A stretch of 64,000 bases of DNA from Vitrella brassicaformis CCMP3155 (taxonomy: Eukaryota; Protista; Chromerida), in the NCBI GenBank assembly GCA_001179505.1, contig CDMY01001057.1, positions 62,001 to 126,000 on the forward strand. The letters run 5' to 3'. The number at the start of each line of letters is the position of its first letter. The first letter of the stretch is position 1. The translations under genes were made by a program, and so were the position numbers. Positions 24,801 through 36,900 of this stretch are shown piece after piece. The notes beneath the pieces were generated by a model that did not search any database, was not told the origin of the DNA, and was given only the letters and a program-made list of their open reading frames with translations.

Positions 24801-26436
24801 GGTCAAAAATCTGCTTCGTCTCGCCGGGCTGAATGGTGAATGCTGTATTCCCCGTCGGGTCGCACGGGAAAATGTGGCTCACCTAAGGCATGTAAAGAAC
24901 CGTTACATTGCTGTTCGCTTTGATGATGCATTCTGCTGCTCAGACCGGACAGCGGCCGTAGACACCACGAGGCGCAATAACAGCTGCATCACGAGAACAC
25001 ATTACCAGCATTACCTTTTTGTCGGCCGTCTGTCCACTCACCGTCGTCCTGCTGCTCTCCTTTTGCTGCGGGGGCGACGGTTTCCTCACCCTGATAACAC
25101 ACACATTCATGTACACCGTGCATCGATAGGCATGCTTTGGCTATCGTTCTGATGCATTCACTCACTTGTTTTCTCCACATTTTCTGTTTGATGGTGTCGG
25201 TCACAGACAGCTCGAACGCCTCGAGACCCAGATCAGCCAACAGATCGTCGCTCTCCTCGCCCGCGCGGAACAAATCGAGCAATTCATCAACGCTTATTGG
25301 ATCGGCATCGCCGTCCCTTGAAGATTCAGCCGAGATGGACTCTATCTCGCGAACGTTGATCCCAGGGATGAGGTACACATCGAAGTCCACAGCGCACAAG
25401 CCAGTAAGATAGTAAATCACCACTCCCTTCAGGCCGAGCAGAATGAGAATGCCAGTCGTCTGGGTCGTACTGGGTCGCTGACATTTGTTACCGTGTTTGA
25501 CGGCAGGTCTCCTTTCGGCTCGATGAAGACGTCCAGATACTCGCCTTTGTCCGTGGGCACCAGAACAAATTCCTCTGCACAAATGCACTCATCTGAACAA
25601 ACTCCTCGGCACCTTGGAAGATAGGGGCTGCCGTCCTGCGTGGCATTTGTGCGGTCAAAAGGCTCCCTGCAATGATACATGGTCAGAAGAAGAGCGCGTC
25701 ATTACTTGCCATTTGCTGTGTCGCTCACTCGTCAATTTCGATGACAATATCGGCGAGGCCCTCTTGACTGTTCGCTGCCACGAGAATCCGATTGAATCCA
25801 GCATTCCTCGCAAACACCTGCATGAAAGTCACATCAAAAAGCTACCGACTGCCCATAGACTGCGCATCGTACCAAGTCCACGCGAATGAACTGGTTCGTG
25901 CCAGCTTCGATGATGTTGGTCACGTTCTCATCATCCGTGAGGAACGGATCGCGCCTGGGGGTCCCATCCGCGTAGTATCGCCGCGGCCGTCCGGCGCTGA
26001 TGAACGGGAAGTACGGACAAACAGAGAAAGGCAGCTGCTCCGTGGCAAAGGCTGCGGCAAGAAAGGAGAGGTCAACTGCTGACAGCTGAATCAGCGTGCT
26101 TGCGTATCTTGGCTGAGTGAAGCCCACGTACGTTCCTCATGAGGTCCGTGTCGCCCCGATCGGCCGTCTGCCTGCGAATCAGAAAGAAGCATTTGTGCTG
26201 CCGTTGCAACTTCCATGGAATTCAGTGGACTGTCATCTCACCATCCTGCCCTGCGCCTCATTTGCCCTGTACATGTCGTTTCCCCCGCCATCATCTCCCC
26301 TGGGCTCAGGCACCTTCCGTGACAGAAGGCCTTTCTCCGCATCAAGAGGGCTGCGGTGAGTGACTGCAGCTTCACAGACGACATGTAGGCTGCAAATGGA
26401 CAGCCCAAACACAGAGAGACGCCACATCGATTCCAT
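19671..26436 (-). CDS. Secreted protein of unknown family with six ~150-aa repeats (alternating A/B subtypes) and acidic linkers, copy 1; integrity of all exons not verified
   Basis: Signal peptide MESMWRLSVFGLSICSLHVVCEAA at 26436. A repeats contain G.NQF(I/V).VDL|FARN.GF..I.VA.NS.EG. B repeats contain PFDPT.NT.F and A.SS.SGDAD...Y.ED.P.D..FED. The C-terminus DYEFDFGEFEYLFDDQTD* is conserved in both copies. Confidence 0.7.
20370..20820. repeat. Internal near-identical repeat within the six-repeat gene (partner at ~22728-23178)
   Basis: TGTTTGTTGGATCGAAGGGGTTGATTTGGGTGACGGGACAGCC through GCGAGACCAATCGAGCAGCCC occurs twice, including the intron. Confidence 0.93.
22728..23178. repeat. Internal near-identical repeat (partner at ~20370-20820)
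   Basis: The ORF track itself gives almost identical peptides at 20613 and 22972. Confidence 0.93.
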
Positions 26437-26478
26437 GACCGTTGCTGGCCGTTTCCACGGTGTACAGCCTGAAGGGTC

Positions 26479-27180
26479 ATGAAGGCCCTTGTTGTACTGT
26501 TTGCCCAGCTTTCTGGCGCTCTACTCGGCAGAGCCCAGGAACCCAGCAGCGGATGGGAGGGCGACGGGACCCAACGAGGTGTGCTGAGGCTCCGGCGGGA
26601 GCTGTGCGACTGCGACAACATCACTCTGCGCAGCTCGGGGCCCCTCGCCAGGTCATCGTCTGCCGTCCGGGCGGTGCTCTCCAGCCCCGTGTGCTCTGTC
26701 GATGGCCACACCTTCGCGAGCCTCTGTCTGGCGCTGTGCCAGGGAGCTGATGTGGATGAAGCTGACGTCACGGGGGAGGGATGCACACAGGGCATCACGG
26801 CCATCAGGTGAGCAGACGCAATGGGCGTGCCTCACTGTGTCATTGCCACGTGTGGTGTGTTGCAGGCGTCTGACGCTCCCTCCAGACGGCCGGCTGCCGG
26901 CCGTCCTCAGCCGCAAAGGGTCCAACATGGCCTATCTCGGCAGAATCGACCGGACGACAGCACCACCAACACAACACTCAGCAGCGGTCTTTGACAAGCG
27001 TAGAGCTGCTCGGTCAGCGGGTGGATCATATCTCATACGAGGCCAAGGCGACGTCTATATGCTCGATGACCGCACGGCACCGCAGGGCGCGATGGCATGC
27101 CGGTCGACGTCAGCTGATGGTGGCGTGTGTTTCAGTGCTGCCGATCCTCAACACGTGACGGGGACATTCACGACCTGCCA
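26479..27180 (+). CDS. Signal peptide, atypical Kazal domain and linker (paralogue of 37692); the protease domain is missing here
   Basis: MKALVVLFAQLSGALLG...LCDC...SSPVCSVDGHTFASLCLALCQG...GEGC; near-identical to the first two exons of 37692-39567. Confidence 0.75.
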
Positions 27181-27399
27181 AGACAGCGCCGCTCAGAATC
27201 TGAGCGCAGACAGGCTGAGACACACATTGCCTGTCTGTCTGTCTGTCTGTTCGGCTGTACCATCAGCATCAGCGACAGCATTGGTCGCGGCGCCCGCACC
27301 GTCTGCAACGCCTCTCAAGAGGTAAGTCAGAGAGAGGGTGGGATGGCATGGATGGATGCAGGGGAGGGTGGGGGTGAATCTGTTTGTTTGGTGTGTGCC

Positions 27400-27679
27400 C
27401 GTGCAGCTCCAGCCACCGGCCCGAGCCGACGTATCTGCCTCACAAACGCACAGCACGCACCCCATCACAGGCTTGCGTGTTTGGACGTCAGATGTCCGAC
27501 ACAGCTTCGACGGGGACGGACGGATGCGCTGCCAGCTACTACACGATTCGGATGCCCAAGGGCGATGAGGTGATGCCGGGCACCCCCGACACACACCTGA
27601 CGACAAATGGTACGCACATGCATGAGAGACTCATGAGAGCAGGAGGGAAAGACAAAGGCCAGCATGAGTCTCTGTGTGT

Positions 27680-27710
<31 letters not shown>

Positions 27711-28599
27711 CGTGACAGGATCAAGCGCAGGCCTGAGTTCGTGCGGCTGACTGGGAAGCACCCCTTCAATTGCGAGCCGCCTCTGGACCTGCTGAGTGCG
27801 ATTGCCAACATCCTGCACCAGCAGACGCACGACATCAGCAAGCCCCTGAAGCTCTCGGGCTACGCCTACTCGGGCGGCGGGCACCGCGTCATCAGACCTG
27901 AGGTGCCATCGATGGCGGCAAGACGTAGCAAGTCGCCACCATCACCTGCCAACCTGAGACAGGTACGATGCATGGCACTGACAGCCCCTCTTGTGGTGGG
28001 TGGAGGCAGTGTGTGTATCGTTTTCCTGTCTCCGTGTGTGTAGGGTATGGCCGCGCCTACGAGTGGACCCTGTGGGAGACGGAGGTGCTGCTGACGCCAT
28101 CAACGGACCAGATCTGCTTCAGAGCGTGGGTAAGCGACGTGCCGACCCACACGCATCCACACACAATCCAAAGACAGGGTCGGCACACGCATCCACACAC
28201 AATCCAAAGACAGATGGCATGCTCCTCGGCTGCCTATCTTCGGGTAAATGGGTGCAGGATGACGCGATGCACAGCATGCCCATGGTCCCCACATGGAGCA
28301 TTATGGGCATGCTCAACAACACCTGATACCGAATCCAGGTCACCACAGTATCCGCCGACACCGTCGATCTGGGCCTCCCTCACTGGGCTGCCAAGGACAC
28401 GCCCAACCATCCCCTCACCGTCATCAACAAGCCCAGTGGAGAGGAGCCGGCACACGCATCCACGGCCACAGCACCACCAGTGGCCGCACCAGTGGCCACT
28501 GAGAGGGGTGGGGCGCTGATCGGTGGCCTGGCAGTCGTCTGCACCCTGGCCGTCGGGATTTTGGTGGGGTTTGCATTCACACAGAGAAAGACAGTCTGA
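27400..28599 (+). pseudogene. Nitrate reductase/sulfite oxidase-family Moco relic: N-terminal start joined directly to the dimerisation domain, ending in a transmembrane tail
   Basis: TPDDKW|IKRRPEFVRLTGKHPFNCEPPL, SGYAYSGGG, YGRAYEWTLWETEV...ICFRAW and TWSIMGMLNNT*YRIQV match eukaryotic NR motifs. In-frame TGA at 27566-68 and 28324-26; the Moco-binding core is absent. C-terminus GALIGGLAVVCTLAVGILVGFAFTQRKTV*. Confidence 0.85.
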
Positions 28600-30009
28600 C
28601 TTGGGGAGGGGGAGGGGAACGGGGAGGGGTGGTGGGGAGCTGTGCATGCGATGCGGTGCTGTGTTGTCTGAGAGAGGTGCATGAGCCATATACAGATAGA
28701 ATGAAGACGCTGCGGTATGTCAGCGGGCGGTGTCGGTGCTGGGTGTGTGTTCTCTGCTTTCTGGACTGGGGTCAAGAGGGGACGAGCGGTCTGGGTCCCT
28801 CCTTCCCTTGATGTTGATGCTTCGGATGGTGTGTCATTGGTGTATGTTTCTCAGCAGTTGTGGAGGTGTTGTGAGCTGTGTGTGGCGTGCTGTGTGCACA
28901 GCTGGCGGGCGGACGGGCGGGGGCAGTGGGAGGGGGGCACGGCAAATTGTGACATGGTGTAGGTGTGTGGTGACGCCAAGCATACGTACGCTGGGCGTCC
29001 TGCTTGTTGGTGCGCAAAAACCGTTGTGGCGCTGTATGTGTTCACGTGAGAGAGCTTACGTGTGTGTGTGTGTGCATGTGTGTGTGCGGGAGCTGCAACA
29101 AACATGCCCTGCTCTCGTATTCGTGTTGGTGTTGGTGTGCGACAGGGTGGGTGTGGGTGGCTACATATGTGGTAAGAGTCTGCATATGTGGGTGCTGGGT
29201 TCACTGCATGGCATTCATCAGTCTCGAGACTTTCTTGTCATGAATGCGTGTGTGCAGCCAGGACATATGCATGTTTATGGAGAGGGGGACACCATTGGGG
29301 ACCGCTGCCTGCGGCAGTTTTTCTCGCTGAGATTTTGAGAACTTGTTACAATCAATACGGACCGATTAATATTGGTGGTTGTTCAGTGGCTGAGCGTGGT
29401 CAAGCATGACAGACGTGTACACGTGCACGCACATAGACACGACGATCAGTCAGCACGGCGACACAGTCACCCAACACATATCCATCGATCACTAGCAGAT
29501 CAGCGAGACACAGCAGCAGCGAGCGATCGTGTCGACACATGATGGATGGCCATGGCTCATCATCTCTGGCCCTCGAGGACTGTTGTGCGTCGTCGAGCGG
29601 CTTCATCCCTCTCTGGTGTGACATCTGCATTCACAACAAACAATACGTCACTCGAGCAAGGTTCCTCTGGTGCATTCGGGCGGGGTCACTCTATCTTGCC
29701 CGAGACACATACATGTGTGATCTGTCTGTTGCAGGTCCTGTTCGTGCTGCATGTGTGAGTCATGCTACAGCCAGTGCACAGCGGCCGCCAGCAATGACAC
29801 ACAAACGTGCACCAAATGCGGTCGGTGGACACACAGACAGACGGACACACAGCAATGTCACCCTTGCCATGTCTCTCTGTCTCTCTGTGTATGTGTCACA
29901 ACGGGTGCACGTCAGAGTGTGCGTGCGCGTGACAACCAGTCGAATGCAACCCCCGTCTTGTCGTCCCCTCATCGATGTGTGCTGTCCCTTGATTGTATGT
30001 GTGTCAGCA

Positions 30010-30995
30010 AGTGGCGATTACGGTGTTGAAGTCGCACGACTTGTGACTGGCAGCACCTCCATCGGAGTGTGTGACCAGTCACATGAGCTTGACCCCCACA
30101 AGCACGTCCGGCTGGCGGCAGTCAAGGCACTCACTACCACATGCATGCTCCTCTCGCGAGAGGTGAGAGGGACACCAAACAGAGAGGGGACACACTAGCA
30201 AATGGGCCTTCATCTGTCGCTCTCTGTCTCTCAGGGGTGTTTGACGGCCCGTGCTGCTGCTGTGTTGCAAGTGATCATCTCTCGTCTGCATGATAAGGAC
30301 TCCGCTGTGCGCAAGGAAGCGGCCAAGCTACTCACACTCGAGCTCACCTCCACCAAAGCCATGTGTGTGTGACAGGCCAGGCCACACACAAGCATCCCTT
30401 GGTTCATGCCTCTTCATCTGTGCAGGGGTGATATGTTGAACAGGAACCAGGCCGTGGCCCGCGAGTATGCCCACGCGTTGATAATGATTGACTCTGACCC
30501 ACTCCCGCCATCCGCAAGGCGGTACGCACCGCTCAACGAAAGACAGGGCCTCAACGGACACTCTCTGTCTGTGTGCTTTCTCTCGTGCAGCGTGACGAGC
30601 TGGTGGTGTTATCTGCTCGGCGGTGAAGTGCTCCAGCGAGCCGAGAGCGAAGGGGGAACCTCCCTCTCCTCCCCTCCTGCTGTCGCTGGTGGTGTCGGTC
30701 CAGTCGGTGGCTTGTTGTGTGAGAGTGTGAACGGGAATAAGTGAGGCCCGGGGGACGGGTCGGTGAAGGGCGACAGACTGAGTGAGGTGTTGGAGGTGCG
30801 CCGCCGCATATGCAGCAGCTCGGCCGAGTGCCGCCTGATGTGTTGAGGACAGTGAGCCGTCCACTGTTTGGCGGCTATGATGAGGGACATGGGGGGCGGG
30901 CAGGCGACAACACTGAGGGGGAAACGAGATGGATGGGGACGGTGCGTGAATCGTGCACGATTTGTGGATGACTTGGATGGCTTCATTGATCGCAT
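30010..30995 (+). pseudogene. Degenerate HEAT-repeat gene fragment (possibly PDS5/condensin-type)
   Basis: Exon-like pieces ELDPHKHVRLAAVKAL and VIISRLHDKDSAVRKEAAKLL are HEAT-like; downstream pieces have frameshifts and stops; no start was found. Confidence 0.5.
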
Positions 30996-33900
30996 GAACT
31001 TAGTTCAACACGCAGTATGTCACAAGTGTGTCTCACATCTCACAGCAGGCAAAGACCTGTGTCTCCAAATCCAGAGATCACAAAATTACACACACAGACA
31101 GACACACCGACTTGCACTACACGGAGTCAGTCTGTCTGGTCGTCGAACAGGTACTCAAACTCTCCGAAATCGAACTCGTAATCCGCACTTCGCAAGGGAA
31201 TGCCTGTGGAGGGCTCGCCGGATCCTGGCGGTGGTAGTCTTGTCGGGTAGGAAAAATAAAGAATCCCTCCAGAAGGGCCTGCAAAAGAGAAGACGCGCAT
31301 GCGACACATAAGGGGAGCAGCTGATTGGGATGGTGCGTACGTGGGTTGAATCCTGGTGTGGAGGTGATGTTGAACGGCAGGTGACACTCATAGTCGTAAA
31401 AGATAATCAAGACACGCTGCACAACAGCAACGGCAAATGAACGCGCGCAAGGAGAATGAACGTTGTGCCTCTCCTACCACGTTGGCAGTAGTTGGCCTGA
31501 GATTGTAAAACGCTGCGTCTCTGAAAGCCTCAAAGCATATCCTTAGAGTCTGGTCGACGTCCTCATCGTTGATATTAACATTGAATAGAGGACTCTCGAG
31601 AACCGCATCTTCGTAGAAGTCGTCGTCTGGCGGGTCTTCTGTGTATGCCTTCGAGGCAGCACGATCGGCAACAATGTCAGCATCGCCAGAACGAGAGCTG
31701 GTTGCAACAACAATTGCAGGATAACCAAGATTGAAAGCCAAGTCCTGCACTCACATGAGAAGAAAACAAATACACGGCAGGCGATTCTTCCAGTCAATCC
31801 GCATGTCCGTACTTGATCGAAACTTATGCAGTTCCTTGCGTCAATCTGCGTGATGAATTCGGTATTGTTTGTTGGATCGAATGCATTGATTTGGGTGACG
31901 GGGCAGCCATACACTCCGCGAGGAGGGGCTGCAGCCAATGTACACAGGACCAGGGTTCACACGCTTCAGTCACGGGGTGCCTACTGTTTTGTTTCCTCAC
32001 CTTCAGACTGCTCACGTGACGCCGATGGCTTGGTAAGTGGGATGGTCTGCGTACACATAGACGTAGAGGACACGACGCATTCGTTCAGCGTCCATTACTT
32101 ACCTGTCTCTTCTCGATGGTCTCTTTGACGGAGTCTTTCTCTTGCACCTCGGACGTGTTCAACGTCATATCTGCCGATGCCTTCTCACCCTTCTTGACCT
32201 CGTGGGACCAATCGATCGGCCCATCGATGGACGTAGCGGCATTAACGACATCGTCTTGTGAGGTATTAAACATGGATGTCTCTCGCTGATTTTCCTCAAC
32301 AATGGCATTGGCTATCGGTATTTGCTGGAAGAGTCCCGGGATATCGATTGAGGGGAAGCAGACACCATTAACCAGGAGGATGGTAAGCTGCTGCACACAC
32401 GAGGTAGCGGAAGCAATGCCCATACGTTCACTATACGCTTGACCCAACGATTAGCTAGTCATTCACTCACCACATTGCTGCTATCCGCTCGGTCTCCACC
32501 GGACACAACGAAGACGTCCATGAAGGTGCCTTCGGCGGTCGGCAATCGGACAAAGTTCTCAAAGGCTTCCACATCACCGTCTTGAGGCTCAGTGCTATTG
32601 CCTGCCAGCTGCCTGTCAACGTAAAGACAGCTCACGACTTGATTATTCTATCGAGCTCATTCATCAAGCATACCCATCGACTGTGACGAGAATCCATGCT
32701 GCGGGGCCCTCAATGCTATTCGTGGCGATAAGGACTTCAGGAAAACCACTGTTTCTCACAAAGACCTGTGCGAAAGAAAGGAATGAGTACGACCAGCAAC
32801 ATTTTTTATTCCTGCAATGCACCCTACCAAATCGACCGTGACAATTTGGCTTTTTCCGCTCCTGACAATGTTGTTCTCTTTGGTAAGTAAAAGGATGGGG
32901 CATGCAGGGAAAAATACTGTTGGACCTGCACGAGTAGAAGGAAGGGAAAGTGAACGGACCTAGGAACACTCTCCGTTCACTGGGGATAGAAAGTGGGGGA
33001 TAGAAGCTTTTTGACCTTCCTGCTCTCCCTTTGTGTGGACGTGAGTTCCGTCCGATGAATTCTATTCATCGACACACAATCGATATCCATAGATTCTCAC
33101 TAGCCAGTGATCCCTCTCTTAAACTTCACTCACGCGCTCATTGCTGACTTCTCTCTCTCGTACCTGTTTCGGCAGCGGGTTTTTCTCCACGACCTCTCGA
33201 CCGTTATCATTGGCTCCCTGTCCTTTCTGTTTTTTCATCTCAGAGCCATCGCCCTCCTCAATTAGCCGGCCAAAAGGATCCAGTTCCGGGAAGAGATCAG
33301 TGAGGTTTCCGAAGTCGTACTCATACTCAGTGCGCGGCTCTTCGTACTCCCCGTCATTCTTCGAATCGTCAATGCCCCCAAGCAGTGTGACGTCGATGCC
33401 CGTAGCATTGGGGTCTGTACACGTCAAGCACATGGATCGAAAACACAATCCACAGGAGACACAGCTTACTTACTTGTCACGGCGATCTTGAACGGAATGC
33501 GACACTCAAAGTCGTACCAAATTATGAGTACACGCTAGACAAGACACAACAAAGGGCAGACAGACAGTGGGTACCTCTCGAATGGTTTCGTCAGCGGTGC
33601 TGACCACGTCGGCATTCGTCGTCGCTAGCGTGTTGTCAAGGCCAAAAAGTTCTCCACCGAATGGATACAGAATGACGTCCAAGGCAAGACCTTGTCCGCC
33701 ACTGATTGTTATGTCTGTTGGGATGAATACCGAGTCCTCGAAAAAGTCACCGGACGGTCGGTCTTCTGTATATGTCTTTGAGCCACCAATGTACTCCCTA
33801 AAGAGGCAAAACACATCAATATACGCACCCATCGATATCCTTCCCACCTAATTGGTACGGTACGATCCTCGTATTTGTCTTTCCTCCTGCCTTCCAAATA

Positions 33901-36900
33901 CACGGACATATCCGCATCGCCAGAGACGGAACTGGTTGCGATGATGATGTATGGATAGTTGAAGCGTCGGGGGCCCGCCTAGAGGCACAAAGAACGCCTA
34001 TTATGGATGGTTCTCTAGATGTGTCTGTACCAAATCAACTACTAAACGCTTGAAGCGCTCTTCAGGAGTAAAGGAGTCATAGGGATCGAAGAAAAGACGC
34101 GTGCCAACGAGGAACTCTGTATTGTTTGTTGGGTCGAATGGGTTGATTTGGGTCACAGGACAGCCATACACGCCGCGAGGAGGACCTGCAATCGACGCAA
34201 AGATAGGGAGGGCTTGCATGGGCATGCAGGACGTCGACTGTGGCCTGCCTGTCCTCCCATTTGTCTCCCTCACCTTCCAGCTGCTCGCGTGCGGCCGATG
34301 CATTGGTAGATGGAATGGCCTGTATACGCATAGACATTATTACTTATGTGCCCTCGCTTTATTACTGCTTGCCCTCCCTCGATCACTGATGCCATCCCTT
34401 TTTCCTTTTACCTGTCTACCCTCGATGTCCTGTTTGGCGGGGTCCGTCTCCTGCAGCTCGAGCGCGTCCAGATCAACATCAGCCGACGCCTTGTCGCCCT
34501 TCTTGGTCTCGCGAGACCAATCGATCAGCCCATCGGCAAATGTGCCACGTCGTGAAAAGTTCGACACACTCAGCGGCCCGTCGCAGAAAATAGAAGGGTC
34601 TACATCCGACTGGTACTTCATAAGCAATTGCTGCAAAGAATAATATGGGCATCCTTTCTGTAGCGTGCTTTTGTTTCCTACGAACCACATTCGCATCCGA
34701 TGGGAATCCACCGGGATAATACGGTATATACCCGTATTTATACGTGTCGCGTGAATAGACATATGGGTTGTCCACAAACGGCACGACGATGAAAATATCC
34801 AAAAAGGTGCCTTCAGCGGTCGCCACTTGTACGCAGCTCTCGAAGACATTATCATAACCGTCCTGAGGGAATTGGCTTGTACCTACAACTTCACTAAATA
34901 CACACGAATATAGCAGCTTGGCTGGCTTTTCTTGAAATCAATTCACCTCACCCATCAACAGTGGCAATCATAGATACTGAAGCGCCTTTGATGCTGTCCG
35001 TTAAGATAATGATCGTCTCAAACTCAGCATTCCTCGCGAAGACCTGAAAACACAGAAGACATGCAGATCGATTGGACGAAACAAAGGTCCCCTTTCGTCA
35101 CCAAATCGACAGCTACAAAGTGATTGCTCCCTCCTCGAATCCAGTTGGATGCAGGCGAATACGGGAGAATCCCCAGAATCAGTCCGTCTGGAAAATAATC
35201 CAGATCCCCAGGAAGAGAATCAAGCTCGTACGCTACACACGCACACACGCGCGCACGCACAAGGGAGAGCGAGAAAGGAACCTTTCGCGTGCCACGCCCA
35301 TGAGCATTATCGTGTACTACTCTGTCTCTGATCTTCCTGGTCTTCCTTCGAGTGGACGTGGGCTTCGCTCTGTGCACAGACAGATAAAAGACACGCGTGA
35401 GCGTATGCTGTCTCCCTCGCTTGCTTACTCCCTGACCTCCCTCTGTCGCACCTGAGCGGGCTGTGAGCTGCTCCTCGCCGCGTCCGCATTTTTCTCACTG
35501 GTCGTCTTGAAGCTCCCGAAATCATCATCGTCATCGTCGTCGCGATCCCTCCGTGGTCGATCGGGCTCCTCAAAATCGTCATCGTCTGTCTTCAATCCCC
35601 CTCCGATCGTTACATCAAGACCAGACGGCCCTGACAGACATACAAAGATACTCGCTCATGCAATAGCTTCATATACCTACTCACCGCCAGTTATATTGAA
35701 GAAGGGAAAGAAGCAGTCATAGTCCACAAATACAAGCAAGACACGCTGAACAAAAAGTGGGGGCACGGGTGGGAAATGAGGCTATAAGATTGTTGATTTC
35801 GTACCACATTGGCAGTCTCATTCACTCCCTCCTTGGTGAACAGAAAAATCCCGAGTTCGTCTCCTTCCTGTGTAGGAAAAAAGATGCTATCTTCATAGTT
35901 ATCAGCGGGAGGGTTGGCGGTAGGGTTGTCAGAGAAAGCGGAATAAACGCTGCAAGCACAATCAACAATGCATGTCTGTCAGCCCCTCTATCACCCCCTC
36001 TATCCCTACAATGTGCACTATCGTACGTGTCATTTAAATAGGGAAAAATGAATGATGTCGCAAACATGTCAGCGTCGCCAGAGATGGAGCTTGCCGCAAC
36101 GCCCACGAATGGATATCCCGCCAGTCTCGGCAGATCCTGCATAGACGAACACACCAACAAAGGCAAGGTGTCTCATTAGCCGAGGTACAATCTTTGTGTT
36201 GTCCCTTCGCACCAGGTCAACAAAAATCCGCTTCTCCTCGCCAGGCTGGATTGTGAATGCTGTGTTCCCCGTCGGATCGAACGGGAAAATGTGGCTCACT
36301 GGGCAGCCGTAGACACCACGAAGGGCATCAATCGCTGCATTCAGGAAAACACACCATTAGCATGTGCCCATTTTCAATGTGTGTGTCTGCTCACCGTCTT
36401 GCTGCTCCTCTTTTGCTGCGGGGCTGACGGTTGCCTCACCCTGACGACACACACATTCACACACACCTTGTGTGAATAGGTAGGCTTTGGCGGTCATTCT
36501 GGTGCCTTCACGTACCTGTTTTCTCCACATTTTCTGTTTAATGGTGTCGGTCACAGACAGCTCAAACGCCTCCAGACCCAGGTCAGCCAGAAAATCGTCA
36601 GTCTCCTCACCGGCGCGGAACAGATCGAGCAGCTCATCAACGCTCATAGCATCGACATCAGTGTCAGAGAGCGGCTCTTTCTCGGGAATGTTGAACCCAG
36701 GGATGAGGTACGGATCGTTGGGTACAGCGCACAAACCAGTAACATGGTAAATCACCACTCCCTGCAGCCCACGAGAAGGTCAGTCGTTTGAGTCGCTGAC
36801 ATTCGTTACCGTGTTTGACGGCATGTCTCCCTTTGGCTCGATGAAGATGTCCAGATACCTGCCTTTGTCTGTGGGCACCACTATGACAGCCTCTGTAGTG

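Larger units (their letters stand above)
19290..27170. repeat. Segmental duplication, copy 1
   Basis: Collinear similarity to ~30770-38390, for example GATGACTTGGATGGCTTCATTGATCGCATGAA, CAGGTACTCAAACTCTCCGAAATCGAACTCGTAATCCGCAC and the whole Kazal exon. Similarity ends just after ACGTGACGGGGACATTC (~27170 versus ~38385). Confidence 0.9.

Noticed and set aside
28148-28213. Two 30-bp direct repeats separated by 6 bp
   Set aside because: Only two units, inside an intron; a local duplication, not a CRISPR or functional array.
27566-28326. UGA-to-Trp recoding, since one TGA sits at the conserved NR Trp (NN.WYR)
   Set aside because: Neighbouring genes use TGA as a normal stop and TGG for Trp, and the fragment also has a large deletion; a TGG-to-TGA mutation in a pseudogene is simpler.
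28600-30000. Possible additional gene in this interval
   Set aside because: ORFs are short and TG-repeat-derived; a few exon-like pieces may belong to the HEAT relic but could not be assembled.
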